This document shows, one piece after another, positions 27,978 to 32,000 of a DNA stretch of 32,000 nucleotides. Position numbers and translations under genes: made by a program. The notes below the pieces were generated by a model. That model searched no databases. It saw nothing but the letters and a program-made list of their open reading frames with translations, and was not told the DNA's origin. The DNA comes from Escherichia coli (GTDB lineage: Bacteria > Pseudomonadota > Gammaproteobacteria > Enterobacterales > Enterobacteriaceae). The DNA lies in NCBI RefSeq assembly GCF_022493195.1, contig NZ_CP028739.1; one strand, given 5' to 3'. The number at the start of each line of letters is the position of its first letter. Positions within the stretch are counted from its first letter, which is position 1.

Positions 27978-28844
27978 ATGAATGGAAAATTGCAAAGTTC
28001 GGATGTAAAAAACGAAACTCCGTACAATATTCCCTTATTGATTAACGAAAATGTGATCTCCAGCGGAATTTCTCTGATATCGCTCTGGCATACCTACGCC
28101 GACGAGCATTATCGGGTGATCTGGCCGCGGGACAAGAAGAAACCGCTTATCGCCAACTCATGGGTTGCGGTGTATACCGTACAAGGATGTGGGAAAATTC
28201 TTTTAAAGAATGACGAACAAATAACTCTGCATGGCAACTGTATTATATTTTTAAAGCCAATGGATATTCACTCTTATCACTGTGAAGGTTTGGTCTGGGA
28301 ACAGTATTGGATGGAATTTACCCCCACCAGTATGATGGATATTCCCGTCGGTCAGCAAAGCGTTATTTATAATGGCGAAGTTTATAATCAGGAACTCACC
28401 GAAGTTGCTGAGTTAATTACTTCACCAGAAGTAATAAAAAATAATCTGGCAGTCGCTTTTCTGACGAAAATTATTTATCAGTGGATTTGTCTTATGCACG
28501 CAGTCGGTAAAAAAGATCCACAACGGCGGCAAATTGAAAAATTAATTGCCACTTTACATGCCAGTCTACAACAACGCTGGAGCGTAGCTGATATGGCTGC
28601 CACGATCCCCTGTAGCGAGGCCTGGTTGCGTCGTCTGTTTTTACGCTATACCGGCAAGACGCCGAAAGAATATTACCTCGATGCGCGTCTGGATCTGGCG
28701 CTATCGCTATTAAAGCGACAAGGGAACTCGGTTGGCGAAGTCGCTGATACGCTCAACTTCTTCGACTCCTTTCATTTCAGCAAAGCCTTTAAGCATAAAT
28801 TTGGTTATGCGCCGTCAGCTGTGCTGAAGAATACGGACAGGTAA
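27978..28844 (+). CDS. yidL: AraC/XylS-family transcriptional regulator YidL (288 aa here)
   Basis: The track ORF starts at GTG 27948. ATG 27978 follows ggaggg and gives MNGKLQSSDVKNETPYNIPL... There is a C-terminal double HTH (WSVADMAATIPCSEAWLRRLFLRYTGKTPKEYYLDARL...FDSFHFSKAFKHKFGYAPS). It is divergent from yidK. Confidence 0.88.
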   Translation: MNGKLQSSDVKNETPYNIPLLINENVISSGISLISLWHTYADEHYRVIWPRDKKKPLIANSWVAVYTVQGCGKILLKNDEQITLHGNCIIFLKPMDIHSYHCEGLVWEQYWMEFTPTSMMDIPVGQQSVIYNGEVYNQELTEVAELITSPEVIKNNLAVAFLTKIIYQWICLMHAVGKKDPQRRQIEKLIATLHASLQQRWSVADMAATIPCSEAWLRRLFLRYTGKTPKEYYLDARLDLALSLLKRQGNSVGEVADTLNFFDSFHFSKAFKHKFGYAPSAVLKNTDR

Positions 28845-28933
28845 TAACCAGAATGGCGAGTGTGTAAATGACTCGATGATGTTCAGAAATACCAAGCGGA
28901 GTACCATTTACGGCGACTCCACCCGGAAAAGAG

Positions 28934-30595
28934 TTAACCGATACTCCAGAAAAGCACCGCCAGTAATTGGGGTGTGATAATGCGCAGGAACATCACTAAC
29001 GGATAGACAGTGGCGTAAGAGAGCGCCGCCGCACCGCTGGTTGGATGAAGATTATTAGCAAACGCCAGCGCCGGAGGATCGGTCATGGAACCTGCCAGCA
29101 TCCCGCACATGGTCAGGTAATTCATTTTGGCTAACATCCGCGCCAGAATGCCAACAGTAATCAGCGGAACGGCGGTGATCAGGGCACCATAACCAATCCA
29201 GCTTAGCCCTTCGCCATCCACCAGTGTATGGATAAAATCGCCGCCGGATTTCAGGCCAACCACCGAGAGAAAGAGCACAATGCCTAACTCGCGTAGCGCC
29301 AGGTTAGCGCTTGGTGGCATAAACCAGTACAGCTTGCCGATACTGCCGATACGCCCGAGGATCAACGCCATAATCAGCGGACCGCCCGCCAGCCCGAGTT
29401 TCAACGCCGCCGGGAACCCAGGCACAAAGACGGGAATAGAACCTAACAATACGCCAAGCCCGATACCAATAAACACTGGCAGCATCTGAACCTGTTGCAG
29501 TTTTTGCTGCGCATTCCCCAGCACATTGGCAACGGCATCAATTGCGGACGGACGCCCCACCAGGTTGAGGATATCGCCGAACTGCAGGCTGATATCGCTA
29601 CTTGCAACTAATTCAACACCAGCACGGTTCAGGCGCGAGATAACAACGTCATAGCGTTCTTTAAAGTGCAGGTCGCGAATACGTTTACCGAGCACGTTTT
29701 CATTGGTGACCACCACACGCGCGACGCGCAAATCAGTGCCTTTCGTAGACAGCGAGGTATCGACCTCCTGACCAATCACCAGTTGCGCATTATGTAAATC
29801 CGCAGGCTGCCCCACCAGATGCAGCAAATCGCCCAGTTGAATAACGGTTTCTGGCGAAGGCACTTTTAGGGTTTCTTCTCGTTTCAATCGTGAGCAAATA
29901 ACTTTATCGCCATTGAGAATCGGCACATCTTTAATGGCTAAATTATGCAAATTAGGATTCTCAACTCGGATGTTAATCGTCCTGATTAGCGCACCGCCGT
30001 TGGTTCGCGTGGACTCGTGCTGCTGGGCCTCAGTCTCAACATTGACGCGGAAAATAACCCGCAGCATCCACATAGTGAACAAAATGCCGCAAATCCCAAA
30101 TGGATACGCCATCGCATAGCTCATCCCCATTTGATCGACCATCGCCATCGGTGTCCCCAGGTCGCGCAAGATCTGCTGCCCTGCCCCCAGCGCTGGCGTA
30201 TTGGTGACCGCGCCGGAAAAAATCCCCAGCACTACCGGCAGTGGAATATCAAACAGTTTATGCAGGATGGCGGTAACCAGACCACCGATGATGACGATCA
30301 GAACAGCAAACAGGTTGAGGCGTAATCCGGAGACGCGCAATGAGGCAAAGAAGCCCGGCCCTACCTGAATCCCGATGGTATAAACGAACAGGATCAGGCC
30401 AAACTCCTGAATAACATGCAGCATATCGCTACTTAATGTCATCCCCGCCTGAGAAACAAAATGGCCGACGATGATCCCACCGAACAGCACGCCGCCAATG
30501 CCCAATCCAACACCGCGAAACTTGACGTTGCCGATAAACAACCCGACGACCGCCACCAAAGCCAGAATACTGACCGTTAATGCTATATCACTCAT
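28934..30595 (-). CDS. yidE: AAE-family putative transporter YidE with two central TrkA-C domains (553 aa)
   Basis: The track ORF is 28934..30619. ATG 30595 gives [28 protein letters not shown]..., recognisably YidE. Confidence 0.92.
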
Positions 30596-30738
30596 CGTCC
30601 ATTTCTCTTGAAATAACATTTTAATTGCTACGGATTATGGCTGAATCGGTGAAGCAGATTTGCCTTATAGCGCACATTATCACGGGAAAGAACGTGCCGA
30701 AATATCTTAAACAGGCGAAATTTAACGCATTGCTGAAG

Positions 30739-30778
30739 AAAAAAGACAAAAAAAAGCCCCACCAGAATGGCGGGGCAA
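30739..30778 (-). terminator. rho-independent terminator of ibpAB
   Basis: The minus strand reads gccccgcc-attct-ggtggggc followed by tttttttt, 14 nt after the ibpB stop. Confidence 0.75.
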
Positions 30779-30791
30779 AGAGAATAGCTAG

Positions 30792-31220
30792 TTAGCTATT
30801 TAACGCGGGACGTTCGCTGATAGCGATACGCTGCGCTGCGATGGGTTCAGGCTCATTACGAATTAAATCAATATGCAGTAAACCGTTTACGAAGGTTGCG
30901 CCAGAGACTTCCATATTTTCAGCCAGCGTAAAGCTCAGGCTAAAAGGCTGATTCATAAGCCCTTGATGCAGCCATTTTTTCTCTTCTTTTGGCTGCTCTG
31001 GCGTGCCTTTTACGCTCAGGCGCGTACCTTCCAGTTGAATCTCTAAATCTTCCTGACGGAAACCTGCCAGCGCAAGGGTAATGCGGTAGTGGTTATCGTC
31101 GCTTTTCTCAATATTGTACGGCGGGAAGCTCTGGCTTTCACCGGCGTTTTGCAGTGCGTTGGCCAGTTTGTCAAAACCGATCCATTGACGCATCAGTGGG
31201 GATAAATCGAAGTTACGCAT
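30792..31220 (-). CDS. ibpB: small heat-shock protein IbpB (142 aa)
   Basis: The track ORF is 30792..31259. ATG 31220 follows gaaggagaaatgact and gives [24 protein letters not shown]... It has an alpha-crystallin domain. Confidence 0.95.
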
Positions 31221-31281
31221 AGTCATTTCTCCTTCTAAGAAGCGAGTAAGTACCTGCAAATCCGAAGATTCGCATATGCTC

Positions 31282-31323
31282 CCTGACGGCGAGCATGGAA
31301 ATGTCAGGCCGCGCCAGGCGGCC
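31282..31323 (-). other. two adjacent stem-loops in the ibpA-ibpB spacer
   Basis: The first is cctgac/gtcagg (31282-31308). The second is ggccgc-gccag-gcggcc (31307-31323). No U-tract follows either one. They may act in partial termination, processing or regulation of ibpB. Confidence 0.3.
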
Positions 31324-31331
31324 TTAGGGAA

Positions 31332-31745
31332 TTAGTTGATTTCGATACGGCGCGGTTTTTTCGCTTCCGGAATCACGCGTTCGAGATCGATATACAGCAG
31401 ACCATTCACCAGGTTAGCACCACGAACATGAATGTTCTCAGCTAACTGGAATTTACGTTCAAAGTTGCGTTCAGCGATGCCCTGGTACAGATAGGTGCGC
31501 TCTTTTTGTTCGTCGGCGTGAGCACCTTTCACCACCAGCAGATTATCCTGGGCGGTAATTTCCAGTTCGCTCTCAGCAAAACCAGCCACAGCGATAGCAA
31601 TGCGGTAATGGTTTTCGTCTACCAGTTCAACGTTATACGGAGGGTAGCCGCCATTACTCTGGCTCTGGTTGTTTTCTAAGTGGTTAAACAAACGGTCAAA
31701 TCCAATAGCAGAACGGTAAAGCGGGGATAAATCAAAGTTACGCAT
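31332..31745 (-). CDS. ibpA: small heat-shock protein IbpA (137 aa)
   Basis: The track ORF is 31332..31751. ATG 31745 follows caggagctattgatt and gives [29 protein letters not shown]... Confidence 0.96.
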
Positions 31746-31839
31746 AATCAATAGCTCCTGAAATCAGCGAGAATCTAAGACCTTCCACAATGGACAGGTC
31801 AGGTAGCCAGAACACCCATCAGGCGCGTCCTCATCGGCT
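31746..31839 (-). promoter_or_regulatory. ibpA 5' UTR (published ROSE-like RNA thermometer region)
   Basis: The leader of about 94 nt lies between the sigma-32 promoter and the SD. The function is from the literature on ibpA. I did not fold it. Confidence 0.6.
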
Positions 31840-31844
31840 ACGAT

Positions 31845-31877
31845 GTAAAAATGGGTCTGGAAATGAACTTTTCAAGC
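31845..31877 (-). promoter_or_regulatory. sigma-32 heat-shock promoter of ibpAB
   Basis: The minus strand reads CTTGAAAA (31876-31869), a 14-nt spacer, then GACCCATTTTT (31857-31847). This fits the sigma-32 consensus CTTGAAA / CCCCATnT. Confidence 0.7.
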
Positions 31878-32000
31878 CTTATCAGCGGACTTTTTTTTGC
31901 AGTTTATGGTCTATTGCATAGACTGAGGGGGCAGCACGAAACGTTAAAGTGCGATAGCCGCCACAGTGCGACGTAATGATGATGTTATTTTCAGCAAGGG

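Noticed and set aside
31221-31331. The sigma-54 promoter reported in the literature for ibpB
   Set aside because: I could not find a convincing TGGCAC-N5-TTGC match by eye. The closest is TGGCGC-GGCCT-GACA. Only the stem-loops are reported.
31878-32000. A possible start of yidQ at the right edge of the window
   Set aside because: There is no ORF with an SD. Candidate starts hit stops within a few codons. From memory of K-12 spacing, the yidQ start should lie just beyond position 32000.
1-32000. A window-wide search for CRISPR arrays, IS elements/transposases, integrases and rRNA
   Set aside because: None was seen. There are no regularly spaced short repeats and no transposase- or integrase-like ORFs in any frame of the track. 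The only repeats found are the selC att-like pair, one REP/BIME and the ERIC copies.

Overview
This is an Escherichia coli-type chromosomal segment. It is collinear with the K-12 yicI-to-ibpA region as I remember it: yicI(partial)-yicJ, tRNA-Sec selC, yicL, nlpA, yicS, nepI, yicN, adeQ, adeD, uhpT-uhpC-uhpB-uhpA, ilvN-ilvB-ivbL, emrD, yidF-yidG-yidH, yidJ-yidK, yidL, yidE, ibpB-ibpA. Most calls rest on recognising the translated proteins, then trimming ORF-track starts to the ATG that has a Shine-Dalgarno. I found no rRNA, CRISPR array, IS element or integrase.

The backbone is ordinary. The interest lies at five places where this genome seems to differ from my memory of K-12:
1. Downstream of selC, setC is missing. 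In its place are two tandem integrase-less islets separated by a copy of the selC 3' end. The first carries an intact RhuM-family gene. The second carries a decayed rhuM paralogue plus an AT-rich orphan.
2. Between uhpA and ilvN sits an AT-rich orphan gene for a 286-aa two-TM protein. It is bracketed by ERIC repeats in inverted orientation, and an ERIC arm supplies its stop codon.
3. The tisB/istR locus appears absent between ivbL and emrD.
4. yidI appears absent, so yidK-yidJ-yidH-yidG-yidF form one same-strand cluster next to the AraC-type regulator yidL. The cluster encodes an SSS transporter, a leaderless Cys-type sulfatase, two DUF202 membrane proteins and a truncated radical-SAM maturase remnant.
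5. glvCBG-yidP appear absent between yidL and yidE.

I cannot show a clearly new multi-gene system here. The best candidates for follow-up are the ERIC-bracketed orphan membrane protein, the uncharacterised sulfatase cluster and the RhuM islet. All comparisons to K-12 are from memory and need alignment to confirm.
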